A DNA stretch of 64,000 nucleotides from Anaeromyxobacteraceae bacterium (GTDB lineage Bacteria > Myxococcota > Myxococcia > Myxococcales > Anaeromyxobacteraceae), in NCBI GenBank assembly GCA_047602405.1, contig JASGHJ010000002.1, positions 2,624,001-2,688,000 of the forward strand. The letters are read 5' to 3'. This document shows, in pieces, positions 29,106-38,241 of this stretch. The translations under genes and the position numbers were made by a program. Position 1 is the stretch's first letter, and each line of letters opens with the position of its first letter. The notes below the pieces were generated by a model. It did not search any database, had not been told where the DNA came from, and worked only from the letters and a program-made list of their open reading frames with translations.

Positions 29106-29235
29106 CCCGCACCGACACGCGAATTCGCCGCGCCACGCGCGCCGGCAGGGAAGCGCCGTTCCCTCCTGGTGAAGCGGCTTCGCCACCCGGGGCCAGCCGC
29201 GGCGCGCCGCCCCTCGCCGTGCTACACGTGAGCGG

Positions 29236-30981
29236 ATGCTCGCCGCGCTGCTCGCCGCCTCCCTCACCGCCGCCGTCCCGCCCGTTTCCAGCCCCGCGGG
29301 GGCCGCAGACGACCGCCTGCCCGTGCTCGCCGCCATGCGGGACGAGCTCGCCCGCTCGATGGAGCGGCTCCGGCTCGACGGCTACGAGGCGCCCTACTTC
29401 CTCTCGTACCAGGTGAAGGACGTCTCGAAGGCGGTCGTGGGCGGCCGCTTCGGGGCGCTGTTCGACGACGACGCCCGCCACGACCGCAACCTCTACGTGG
29501 ACCTCCGGGTGGGGAGCTACGCGCTCGACTCCTCGAGCCAGGAGGACAACCTGCTCGTCTTCGGCGGCGACCAGCCGACCTGGTTCGTCCCGAAGGAGGC
29601 GCCCGTCGATGGCGACACGGCGGCGCTCCGCGGCGCGCTCTGGCTCGCGACCGACGAGCGCTACAAGGAGGCGCTCTCCTCCTGGTTCAAGAAGAAGTCC
29701 CGCGGCGTGTACCGCCAGGACGAGGCCGACCGGGCGCCGAGCATGAGCCGGGAGGCGCCCGCCCGCCACGTCGATCCCCCCGCGCCGTTCCCGTTCGACC
29801 GGGCCCGGTGGGCCGGCGTCGTGCGCGACGTCACCGCCGCGTTCCGGGCGCACCCGGAGCTCTTCGAGGGATCGCTGCGCGTCGAGGCCGAGCGCCAGGT
29901 CCGCTGGTTCACCTCCAGCGAGGGCTCGGAGCTCCTCACCGAGCAGGTCATCTACGGGGCGCACCTCCTCGCGCTGACCCGCGCGCCCGACGGCCAGCTC
30001 CTCGAGGCCGGCCGCGACTGGTACGTCCGCACCGAGGCCGACCTCCCCACCCCGGACCGCCTCCGCGCCGAGACCGCGAAGGTCGTGCAGGAGCTCCTCG
30101 CGCTCCGCAGGGCGCCGGTCATCGACCCGTACACCGGTCCGGCGATCCTCGAGCCGGAGGCGACCGGCGTGCTCTTCCACGAGGCCGTGGGCCACCGCCT
30201 CGAGGGCGAGCGCGTCGACGACGACAAGGAGGGGCAGACCTACAAGGGCCAGGTCGGCAAGCCCGTGCTCCCGCCCTTCCTCACCATCGTCGACGACCCC
30301 ACGCTCCGCGCGTACGGCGGCCTGCCGCTCAACGGCGCCTACGCCTTCGACGAGCAGGGCGTGCCCGGGCAGCGCACGGTGCTCGTGCGGGACGGCAGGC
30401 TCGAGGCGTACCTCCTCTCCCGCCGGCCGGTGAAGCCCTTCGAGCGCTCGAACGGGCACGGGCGCAGCCAGGGCGCGCGCGCGCCGATGGCCCGCATGTC
30501 GAACCTCGTCCTCGAGTCGCGGAAGCAGGTCTCGCCCGGGGAGCTGAAGAAGCTCCTCATGGCCGAGGCGCGCCGGCAGGGGAAACCCTACGGCCTCGTC
30601 ATCCGCGACATCACCGGCGGCAACACGAACACCATGTCGTTCGGGTACCAGGCGTTCAAGGGCACCCCGCGCCTCGTCTACCGCGTCGACGCGCGCACCG
30701 GCGCCGAGGAGCTCGTCCGCGGCGTCGAGCTCGTGGGCACGCCGCTCGCGAGCGTCAACAAGGTGCTCGCGACCGGCGGGGAGTCCCGCGCCTTCAACGG
30801 CTACTGCGGCGCGGAGAGCGGCTACGTGCCGGTCTCGACGCTCGCGCCGTCCGCGCTCGTCGGCGAGATCGAGCTGCAGCGCGTGACCCGGGCCGCCGAC
30901 CGCTCCCCGATCCTCCCGCCCCCGTGGGCGCCGCCCGCCGCGGCCGCGCCCGCCGCCAAGCCCGCCGGAGCCGCACCATGA
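29236..30981 (+). CDS. TldD/PmbA family metalloprotease, secreted
   Basis: Signal peptide; FHEAVGHRLEG, IVDDPT, FDEQG, SNGHGR, RMSNL. Confidence 0.92.
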   Translation: MLAALLAASLTAAVPPVSSPAGAADDRLPVLAAMRDELARSMERLRLDGYEAPYFLSYQVKDVSKAVVGGRFGALFDDDARHDRNLYVDLRVGSYALDSSSQEDNLLVFGGDQPTWFVPKEAPVDGDTAALRGALWLATDERYKEALSSWFKKKSRGVYRQDEADRAPSMSREAPARHVDPPAPFPFDRARWAGVVRDVTAAFRAHPELFEGSLRVEAERQVRWFTSSEGSELLTEQVIYGAHLLALTRAPDGQLLEAGRDWYVRTEADLPTPDRLRAETAKVVQELLALRRAPVIDPYTGPAILEPEATGVLFHEAVGHRLEGERVDDDKEGQTYKGQVGKPVLPPFLTIVDDPTLRAYGGLPLNGAYAFDEQGVPGQRTVLVRDGRLEAYLLSRRPVKPFERSNGHGRSQGARAPMARMSNLVLESRKQVSPGELKKLLMAEARRQGKPYGLVIRDITGGNTNTMSFGYQAFKGTPRLVYRVDARTGAEELVRGVELVGTPLASVNKVLATGGESRAFNGYCGAESGYVPVSTLAPSALVGEIELQRVTRAADRSPILPPPWAPPAAAAPAAKPAGAAP

Positions 30982-31466
30982 CGACGCCTTCCGCCGCCGC
31001 CGTGCCCTTCCCGCCGCTCGAGGCGATCCTCGTCCAGCCTCGCCGCGCGGCGCTCGACGCCTTCGCCGCGACCGGCTGGCGCCCGTACGCGCCGCCGTTC
31101 GACCTCGACGCCGAGGGCCGGCGCCGCCTGAACCTCGATCTCGGCGAGCCCGACCTCGCCTGGTTCCAGGACGGCGACCTCGCCGCGGTCGCGACGCTCG
31201 AGGCCGACCGCGAGGGGCTCGTGACGCACGTGGAGGTCGTGGGCACCGAGCCCGGCGACCCGCTCGCGATCTCGCTCGCCCTGCTCGGCCCCCACGCCGG
31301 CGCGCCGAAGGCCGGCGGCGGCGGCGGCGCGCGCGAGTGGATCTTCGGCCCGGAGTCCGGCGCCCGCGTCGAGGTGGGCGGCGAGCCGGTGCGCCTGTGG
31401 ATCTGCGCCGAGGCCGCCTACGGCGACCGCCTGTGGCTGGTCGCGAGCGTGGTGCGCCGGGATTGA
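30978..31466 (+). CDS. Hypothetical protein
   Basis: ATG overlaps the tldD stop (ATGA); host-like codon bias. Confidence 0.65.
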   Translation: MTTPSAAAVPFPPLEAILVQPRRAALDAFAATGWRPYAPPFDLDAEGRRRLNLDLGEPDLAWFQDGDLAAVATLEADREGLVTHVEVVGTEPGDPLAISLALLGPHAGAPKAGGGGGAREWIFGPESGARVEVGGEPVRLWICAEAAYGDRLWLVASVVRRD

Positions 31467-31558
31467 GCTGCTGCCGCGGGTGGGGGCGGTCCGTTCATCC
31501 CGAGCGTAGGGCCCGCGACAGCGGGCCCGGAGTCGAGGGACGAGCGCCCCCGTGAAAG

Positions 31559-32467
31559 TCACGGACTGCCGCCGCCCGCGACGACCTCCGCCCGGAACGC
31601 CTCGGCGAACGCGTCGGGCCGCTCGCCCACCGCGGCCCGGAACGCCTGCGCGAAGCCCTCGCCCGCGGCGAGGCGGGTGATCACCTCGCGCACGGCGCCG
31701 TCGCCGTGGCGCGCGACGAGCGCGGCGAAGGCGTGGTGGGCGGCGCCGTACACGAGATCGGCGCGCTCCCGGTAGATCGGATCGGGATCGAGCAGCGGGT
31801 CGCCCTCGCGCTCCGCCTCGCGGTCGAGCGGGCGGAAGGCCCAGCCGTCGCCGAGGCCGGCGTGCCGCTCCTCCTGCGCCCGCCAGTGCCGGCGCAGCTC
31901 GGCGAGCGTGGCGCGGCGGTAGCCCTGCTCGGCGGCCACGCTCGCCATGCCCTCCTCGAACCAGCGCGGCACCTCGAGCAGCACCCAGGTGCCCTCCCCG
32001 CCCGCGGCCTGGAACATCGCGCAGTGGGTGAGCTCGTGGACGAGCAGCTCCTCGACCTCGGCGTCGGTCGCGCCGGAGAAGCGCCACAGCCCGCGGCCCC
32101 ACGTGCGCGGCGACTGGAGCTCGACCGTGCGGGCGCGCGCCCACGCGAGCAGCCAGGAGTAGCCGGGCCGGTCCACCGCCCGCTCGAGCGCGTCGTGGTC
32201 GGGGTGCACCGTGAGCGTCACGGGCGAGCTCAGCGGCGCGAACCGCTGCGCGCGCGGGGCGGCCCGCCCGAGCGCGCGCGCGACCTGCCGCGCGGCCTTC
32301 ACGTCCGCCGGGCCGTACACCACGCGGAAGCTCGCGCCGTCCGCCTGCACCTCGAGGAAGGAGAGCACCTCGACCGGCGGGACCCGGGCTCCGGCGCAGG
32401 CCGAGAGCGCGAGGGCCGCGGCGAGGAGGGCCGCCGCCGGCACCGTGGGTGACGAGGTGCGCCTCAC
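31559..32467 (-). CDS. Lipoprotein, peptidase MA-like zinc metalloprotease
   Basis: Lipobox LALSAC; HELTH followed by PRWFEEGMA gluzincin motif. Confidence 0.8.
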   Translation of the reverse strand: MRRTSSPTVPAAALLAAALALSACAGARVPPVEVLSFLEVQADGASFRVVYGPADVKAARQVARALGRAAPRAQRFAPLSSPVTLTVHPDHDALERAVDRPGYSWLLAWARARTVELQSPRTWGRGLWRFSGATDAEVEELLVHELTHCAMFQAAGGEGTWVLLEVPRWFEEGMASVAAEQGYRRATLAELRRHWRAQEERHAGLGDGWAFRPLDREAEREGDPLLDPDPIYRERADLVYGAAHHAFAALVARHGDGAVREVITRLAAGEGFAQAFRAAVGERPDAFAEAFRAEVVAGGGSP

Positions 32468-32477
32468 CGTGAAACCT

Positions 32478-33419
32478 CTACCCCTGTGCCGCGCGGGCCG
32501 GCAAGCCACACCCCATGAGACCCAGGAGGAGCGGGGCGATCCCGGTCAGGTCGCGGACCTCGCCGAGGGCCCCGGCCGCCCGGCCGAACCCGAGCACCGG
32601 CACCGGCGCGAGCGTGTGGTTGCGCGTGCGGAGGTCCTCGAGGTTGCCGTGGTCGCTCGCGACCACGAGCGCGTCGTCCGGCCCGAGGCCGGCGACGACC
32701 GCGCGCAGGAACCGGTCGAGCCGCCGGAGCGCATCGAGCGCCGCCTCCATGGAGCGCGCGTGGCCCGCCTCGTCGGTCTCGAAGAACTCGAACAGCGCGA
32801 GGTCGGCGCCCCGGGCGAGGCCCAGCAGGATCGTCGCAGCCTCCTCCGGGGTGCGCAGCGGCAGGTCGGCGCCGTGCGACCGGGCGCGCACGCCGGTCAC
32901 GTCGTGCGTGAGGGCCGCCCCGTCGCGGGCGTCCCGCCAGGTGCGGAAGCGCGCCTGCCCCGCGGCGTACGCGACCGTGGTCGCGGCGGCGCGGGCGCGG
33001 CGCTTGCCCATGGAGAACTCCGGCTCCCCCTCGGCCGCATGGCCGAGCGCGCGCAGGTACGCGACCGGGTAGGCGTTCGCGAACACGGTGCGCCGCCCTG
33101 CCGCGGCGGCCGCGCGGAAGATGGACCGCTCGGTGAGCACCGCCCGCAGCGCCGCGTTCGGGAACCCGAGCAGGTGGCGGCCGAGGAGCGCCGCGGCGTT
33201 CTGGCCGGTGAGGATGGTCGTCTGGCCGGTCGCCGACTGGGGGCGGCCGGGGACGCCGAGGCGGGCGTCGGCGAGCACCGCCCGGCCGCCGGCGGGCAGC
33301 GGCGCGCCCGCGCCGTCGGCGAAGCGCGAGAGGAGGAACTCGTCGCGTGCGAGCGGGTTGGCGCCGGGGTCGCGGTCGCCCGCGCCCACCCCGTCCACGA
33401 AGACGAAGATCACCGCCAC
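32478..33419 (-). CDS. Alkaline-phosphatase-superfamily metalloenzyme (phosphoglycerate mutase/phosphopentomutase-like)
   Basis: FVFVDGVG, PQSATGQT, TDEAGH, SDHGN, HT. Confidence 0.88.
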   Translation of the reverse strand: MAVIFVFVDGVGAGDRDPGANPLARDEFLLSRFADGAGAPLPAGGRAVLADARLGVPGRPQSATGQTTILTGQNAAALLGRHLLGFPNAALRAVLTERSIFRAAAAAGRRTVFANAYPVAYLRALGHAAEGEPEFSMGKRRARAAATTVAYAAGQARFRTWRDARDGAALTHDVTGVRARSHGADLPLRTPEEAATILLGLARGADLALFEFFETDEAGHARSMEAALDALRRLDRFLRAVVAGLGPDDALVVASDHGNLEDLRTRNHTLAPVPVLGFGRAAGALGEVRDLTGIAPLLLGLMGCGLPARAAQG

Positions 33420-33476
33420 GGGGTACAGGCTAACGCGGCCCCGCCCGGCCCGCCGCTTGATACAATCGGCGCCCCC

Positions 33477-35630
33477 GTGACCCCCGCCTCCGTGAGGAAG
33501 CTCCGCGCCGCGCTCGGCACCGGCCTCGCCGTGGGGCTCGCCGCCGCGGCGGTCGCCTGGCTGCGCCCGGCCGGGCCGGAGGCGGTCGAGCGCCTGCTCT
33601 ACGACGTGCGCGCGCGCTCGGCCGCCGCGGCGCAGCGGGCCTCGCCGGGGATCGTGCTCGTGGGCATCGACGACGCGACGGTCGCGCTCGCGGGGGGCGT
33701 CTACCCGCTGCCGCGGAGCGCGCTCGCCGCGATCCTCGACGAGGCCGCGCGCGCCGGCGCCCGGGTGGTCGCGCTCGACGTCCTGCTCGTCGACCCGCTC
33801 GAGGGCAGCCTCGCCGACGAGAACGCCGCGCTCGAGGACGCGCTCCGGCGCGGGCGCGTGGTCCTCGCGGCCGCGGCCTCGCGCGACGCGGCCCCGGGGT
33901 CGGCGGCCCCCGCCCCCGCGGGCGAGACCGTGCCCGCGCGCTGGAGCGTCGTGCGGCCGCTGCCGCGCTTCGAGCGGGCCGCGATCGCGATCGGCGGGGT
34001 CACCCAGGACATGGACGCGGACGGCCGCGTCCGCGCGCTCCGCCACGTCTACCCGACCGCCGCCGGCGAGCTGCGCTCGCTCCCGCTCGAGGCGGCGCGC
34101 CTCGCGCTCGGCGACGCCGCCGTGAGCACCGGCCCCGGCCGCCTGCGGGTGGGCACGGTGGAGGCGCCGGTCCAGGCCGACGGCCGCGTGCTCCTGCGCT
34201 GGCTGGGCGCCTTCGACGGCAACCCGGATCCCGCGAGCGTGTACCCGCAGGTGTCCGCGGCGGACCTCCTGCGCGCCTCGCTCGCCCGCGAGGGCGAGGG
34301 CACGCCCCCGGCCGCGGAGGCGCTCGCGCCGCTGCGCGACGCGGTCGTGGTGGTGTCCGTCACCGTCACCGCCGGGAAGGACAAGCGGCCCACCCCGGTG
34401 AACGCGCACGCGGTCGGCGCGGAGCTGGTCGCGACCGCCATCGACGGCTTCCTGCGCGGCGCGTTCGTCACGCGCGCGACGCCGCTCGCCGACGCCGCAG
34501 CGGCGCTCGGGGTGGCGCTCCTCGCCGCGCTCACCGTCGGCCTCCTCGCGCTGGCCTCCATCCGCCCCGCGGTGACCGCCGCGCTCTCCACCCTCGGCGT
34601 CGCCGGCCTCGTCTCGGTCGGCTGGCTCGCGTCGTCGGCGCTCCTCGCGCGCGGCGTCTGGCTCGCGGCGGGCGTGCCGCTCGCGGGCGGCGTGCTCTCC
34701 GCGCTCGCCGCCGACCTGCGGATGTTCGCCGCCGAGCGCCGCGACCGGCGCTTCATCCACGACGCGCTGGGCCGCTACACCTCGCCCGCGCTGGTCCAGA
34801 CGCTGCTCGACCGGCGCGACCTCCTCGACCGCTTCGGCGGCGCGAAGCAGGAGCTCACCGTCTACTTCTCGGACATCCGCGGCTTCACCACGGTGTCGGA
34901 GGGGCTCGACCCCGAGCGGCTCGTCGAGCTGCTCAACGCCTACCTCTCCGCGCAGGCGGAGATCGTCGAGCGGAACGCGGGCTACGTCGACAAGTACGTC
35001 GGCGACGCCATCATGGCCGTGTGGGGCGCGCCGGTGCCGGACGCCGACCACGCCGCGCGCGCCTGCAAGGCCGCGCTCGAGCTCCGCGCCAACCTCGACC
35101 GGCTGCGCCCGGAGTGGAAGGCCCGCTTCGGCGTCGAGATCTTCGCCCGCGCCGGGGTGAACACCTGCGACGCCGTCGCCGGCAACATCGGCTCGGTCCG
35201 CAAGGCGCAGTACACGGTGCTCGGCGACGGCGTGAACCTCGCCTCCCGCCTCGAGGGCGCGAACAAGGCCTACGGCACCGAGATCCTCGTCGGCGACCGC
35301 ACCCGCCAGAAGGCCGGCGACCGCTTCGTGTTCCGGACGATGGACCTCCTGCAGGTGAAGGGGAAGAACGTCGGCGTCCCGGTGTTCGTCCTCGTGGCGG
35401 AGCGCGGCGCGCTCTCGCCGGAGGAGGAGGCCTGGCTCGCCGGCTGGGAGCGGGCGGTCGCGGCGTACCGCGCCCGGGACTTCGCCGGCGCGCGCGCGGG
35501 CTTCGTGGCCCTCGGCGCCGCGCGGCCGGCCGACGAGCCCTGCCGCGTCTACGTGGAGCGCTGCGCCGCGTTCCTCGCCGCTCCCCCTCCCGCCGGCTGG
35601 AACGGCGTCTACGAGCTGCACGACAAGTGA
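33477..35630 (+). CDS. CHASE2-domain class III adenylate cyclase
   Basis: IVLVGIDD, ALDVL, DADGRVR (CHASE2); 3 TM; FSDIRGFT, DKYVGDAIMA, GDGVNLASRLEG; alternative start 33492. Confidence 0.93.
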   Translation: MTPASVRKLRAALGTGLAVGLAAAAVAWLRPAGPEAVERLLYDVRARSAAAAQRASPGIVLVGIDDATVALAGGVYPLPRSALAAILDEAARAGARVVALDVLLVDPLEGSLADENAALEDALRRGRVVLAAAASRDAAPGSAAPAPAGETVPARWSVVRPLPRFERAAIAIGGVTQDMDADGRVRALRHVYPTAAGELRSLPLEAARLALGDAAVSTGPGRLRVGTVEAPVQADGRVLLRWLGAFDGNPDPASVYPQVSAADLLRASLAREGEGTPPAAEALAPLRDAVVVVSVTVTAGKDKRPTPVNAHAVGAELVATAIDGFLRGAFVTRATPLADAAAALGVALLAALTVGLLALASIRPAVTAALSTLGVAGLVSVGWLASSALLARGVWLAAGVPLAGGVLSALAADLRMFAAERRDRRFIHDALGRYTSPALVQTLLDRRDLLDRFGGAKQELTVYFSDIRGFTTVSEGLDPERLVELLNAYLSAQAEIVERNAGYVDKYVGDAIMAVWGAPVPDADHAARACKAALELRANLDRLRPEWKARFGVEIFARAGVNTCDAVAGNIGSVRKAQYTVLGDGVNLASRLEGANKAYGTEILVGDRTRQKAGDRFVFRTMDLLQVKGKNVGVPVFVLVAERGALSPEEEAWLAGWERAVAAYRARDFAGARAGFVALGAARPADEPCRVYVERCAAFLAAPPPAGWNGVYELHDK

Positions 35631-35650
35631 CCCTGGAAGGAGACCTCGAG

Positions 35651-36139
35651 ATGCTCCGCCCCACCCTCCTCCTCGCAGCGCTGGCCCTCGCCGGGCCCGC
35701 CGCCGCGGCCCCCCCGGCCGCCCAGCCGGGCGACACCGTCACGGTGAAGCGCGAGGGCGTGCGCCTCATGAAGGCGCCGCGCTTCTACGGCGCGGCGTGC
35801 ACCGCGAAGGTCGCCGCCGGCCAGAAGGTGAAGATCGCCGAGCGCCAGAAGGCCTGGGCCCGCCTCGACGGCCCCGGGGGCGGCAAGTGCTGGGCCCACG
35901 AGTCGGCCTGGTCCGACCGCGAGGCGGGCGAGCTCGCCTCGGGCGGCCAGGGCTCGCAGCGCGACGTCGAGCTCGCCGCCCGCGGCTTCAGCGAGGACGA
36001 GGAGAAGAAGTACCGAGGCGAGAAGCCGGACCTCGCGCCGGCGTTCAAGGCCATCGACGCGCACGTCTCGAACGGCGAGCCCGCCCCCGAGGAGATGGAC
36101 CGCTTCGCCGTCGAGGGTGGCCTGGGAGGTGACCGGTGA
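35651..36139 (+). CDS. Secreted SH3-like domain protein
   Basis: GGAG RBS, signal peptide, LMKAPRFYG...GQKVKI...WAR...W pattern, AARGFS motif. Confidence 0.7.
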   Translation: MLRPTLLLAALALAGPAAAAPPAAQPGDTVTVKREGVRLMKAPRFYGAACTAKVAAGQKVKIAERQKAWARLDGPGGGKCWAHESAWSDREAGELASGGQGSQRDVELAARGFSEDEEKKYRGEKPDLAPAFKAIDAHVSNGEPAPEEMDRFAVEGGLGGDR

Positions 36140-37072
36140 ACGCCCGGGCCCTCTCGCCGCTGCTCGCCGTCGCGGGCGTGTTGACGCTCGCGGCCTGCGC
36201 AGAGCTCGCCGGGGTGGCGGGCGGCGACTTCGTCAACCGCGCCATCGACCGGAACGCCGGCAAGATCGGCGACAACCTCGGCGACGCCGTCGCCTCCGGC
36301 GAGTTCGCGAAGACCTCCACGTACACGATGGAGCAGGAGTACTTCCTCGGGAAGACCGTCTGCGCGAGCGTGCTCACCCGCATCGGCGGCGACGTGCTGC
36401 AGCCCTCCCACCCCGCCGCGGCCTACGTGCGGAAGGTCGGGACGACGCTCGCCTTCGCGGCGGCGGAGCTGCGCGACGAGAAGAAGCCGGCCCTACCCGC
36501 TCAAGGGCTACTTCTTCGTGCCGGTGACCTCCGGCGCCGTGAACGCGGCGGGCGCGCCGGGCGGGTTCATCTCGGTGACCACCGGCGTGCTCAAGGCGGC
36601 GCAGAGCGAGGACGAGCTCGCGGCCGTCCTCGCGCACGAGATTGCACACGTGCAGCTCGGGCACACGATGCAGCCGATCGAGGCCGCCCGGAAGCAGGAG
36701 CAGCTGACCGGGAAGCTGCTCGAGGGCACCGACTCGGTGGTCCACGCCTTCTTCGGGAAGGTCGTCGACGCCGGCACCGACTTCGTCCTCGACAAGGGCT
36801 TCGGCAAGAAGAACGAGCTCGAGGCCGACGCGCTCGCGGCGCAGATCCTCGCGAGCGCCGGCTACGACCCGACGGCGCTCGCGTCGTTCCTGTCGCGGCT
36901 CGAGGGCGGCGCCGCGAAGGGCGGCTTCTTCTCCCGGCACCCGCCCGCGAAGGAGCGCGTGACGGCGCTGCAGAAGCTGGAGGTCGAGATGCCGGTGGCG
37001 GAGCCCACCCAGGTGGCGCTGGCCGCGCGCAAGCGCAGGTTCCTCGCGGCGCAGAAGACGGTGAGCGGGTAG
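36136..37072 (+). CDS. M48 family metallopeptidase lipoprotein (frameshift near 36490)
   Basis: Lipobox LAAC; VNAAGAPGG, ELAAVLAHEIAH, ELEAD, AGYDP, SRHP; the two frames join as ...RPYPLKGYFFVPV. Confidence 0.88.
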
Positions 37073-37097
37073 CGGGCCTGCGGGTCGCCCACCTCGG

Positions 37098-37880
37098 TCA
37101 CCCCTTCCGCTCCACGAGCGTGTTGCCGCCGTCGACCACGACGGTCGCGCCGTTCACGTAGGCGGCGCCCTCCGAGCAGAGGAAGGCGATCACCTCGGCC
37201 ACCTCGCGCGGCGTGCCGGCCCGGCCGGGCGGCGTCGCGCGCGCGGCGCGAAGCTCGGCGGGCGTGCTCGCGGCGGTCGCGATCCAGCCCGGGGCGACCG
37301 CGTTCGCGGTGACGCCCGCGCGGGCGAGCTCGAGGGCGAGGGTGTGCGTGAGGCCGACGAGCGCGGCCTTGCCGGCCGCGTAGGGGCTCTCGCCCGGGTT
37401 CGAGACGAGCGGCCCCGTCACCGAGGCGACGTTCACCACCCGCCCCGCCCCGCTCCGGCGCAGCGCCGGCAGGGCGGCGCGCGTGACGTTCACCGCCGTG
37501 AGGAGGTTCGTCTCGAGGCTCTCCCGCCACGCCTCGAGGGCGAGCGCCGCGAAGGGCTTCACCACCTCCGGCGCGCCCACCCGCCCCATGCCGGCGTTGT
37601 TCACGACGGCGTCGAGCCGGCCGAAGCGCTCGAGCGCGAGCTCCACCAGCGCCCGCGCCGAGCGGGGATCGCGCAGGTCGGCGACCGCGCCCGCGACGTC
37701 CGCGCCGCGCGCCGCGAGCGCGCGCACCCGCGCGTGGATCCGCTCGGTGGTCGAGGAGAGCGCGACGGCCCAGCCGCGCTCCGCGAGCAGCGCCGCGGCC
37801 GCGAAGCCGATCCCGGCGGCGCTCCCCGCGCCGGTCACCACCGCCACCCGCCTCGCTCCCGCACGCCGCGCTCGCGCCAT
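37098..37880 (-). CDS. SDR family oxidoreductase
   Basis: VTGAGSAAGIG, NNAG, YAAGK, NAVAPG, VDGG. Confidence 0.92.
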   Translation of the reverse strand: MARARRAGARRVAVVTGAGSAAGIGFAAAALLAERGWAVALSSTTERIHARVRALAARGADVAGAVADLRDPRSARALVELALERFGRLDAVVNNAGMGRVGAPEVVKPFAALALEAWRESLETNLLTAVNVTRAALPALRRSGAGRVVNVASVTGPLVSNPGESPYAAGKAALVGLTHTLALELARAGVTANAVAPGWIATAASTPAELRAARATPPGRAGTPREVAEVIAFLCSEGAAYVNGATVVVDGGNTLVERKG

Positions 37881-37954
37881 GCCCGGGACGCTAGGAGCTG
37901 TCCCAGAATTGCTCAAGCGAGTCGTGGGGCAGACCGGTTCGCCACCGGGCCCGC

Positions 37955-38060
37955 TCGGACGCGGCCTCCCGTCGCCCTCGAGGCCACGACGCGGGCAGCG
38001 GTGGACCCGGTCGACGAGGGTCTTCGGCACGCGGGTGCCGCAGGGGCAATGCCCAGGCGG
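37955..38060 (-). pseudogene. Degenerate TnpB (IS200/IS605 family) C-terminal zinc-ribbon remnant
   Basis: CPCGTRVPKTLVDRVHRCPRRGLEGD resembles the TnpB consensus CxCG..VPKxLxxRxHxCxxCGLxxDRD; atypical codons; intergenic position. Confidence 0.55.
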
Positions 38061-38200
38061 CGCCTCCCTCCGTCGCCATAGTCCCATCCGGGGTGCGGCC
38101 GCAAGACCGGGGTGACCCGCAGGACGCCCGGTGAACCGGGAGTACGTGCGGGCCACGGCGCGAGACGCGGCCCCGCCGCGCGACCGCGGCGCTGCGCGCG

Positions 38201-38229
38201 TTGACCCGGGGAGGCCTCCCGGCCAAACT
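38201..38229 (+). promoter_or_regulatory. Sigma70-type promoter of the oxidoreductase pair
   Basis: TTGACC-N17-CAAACT, 12 nt before ATG 38242. Confidence 0.5.
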
Positions 38230-38241
38230 GCGCGCGCCCGC

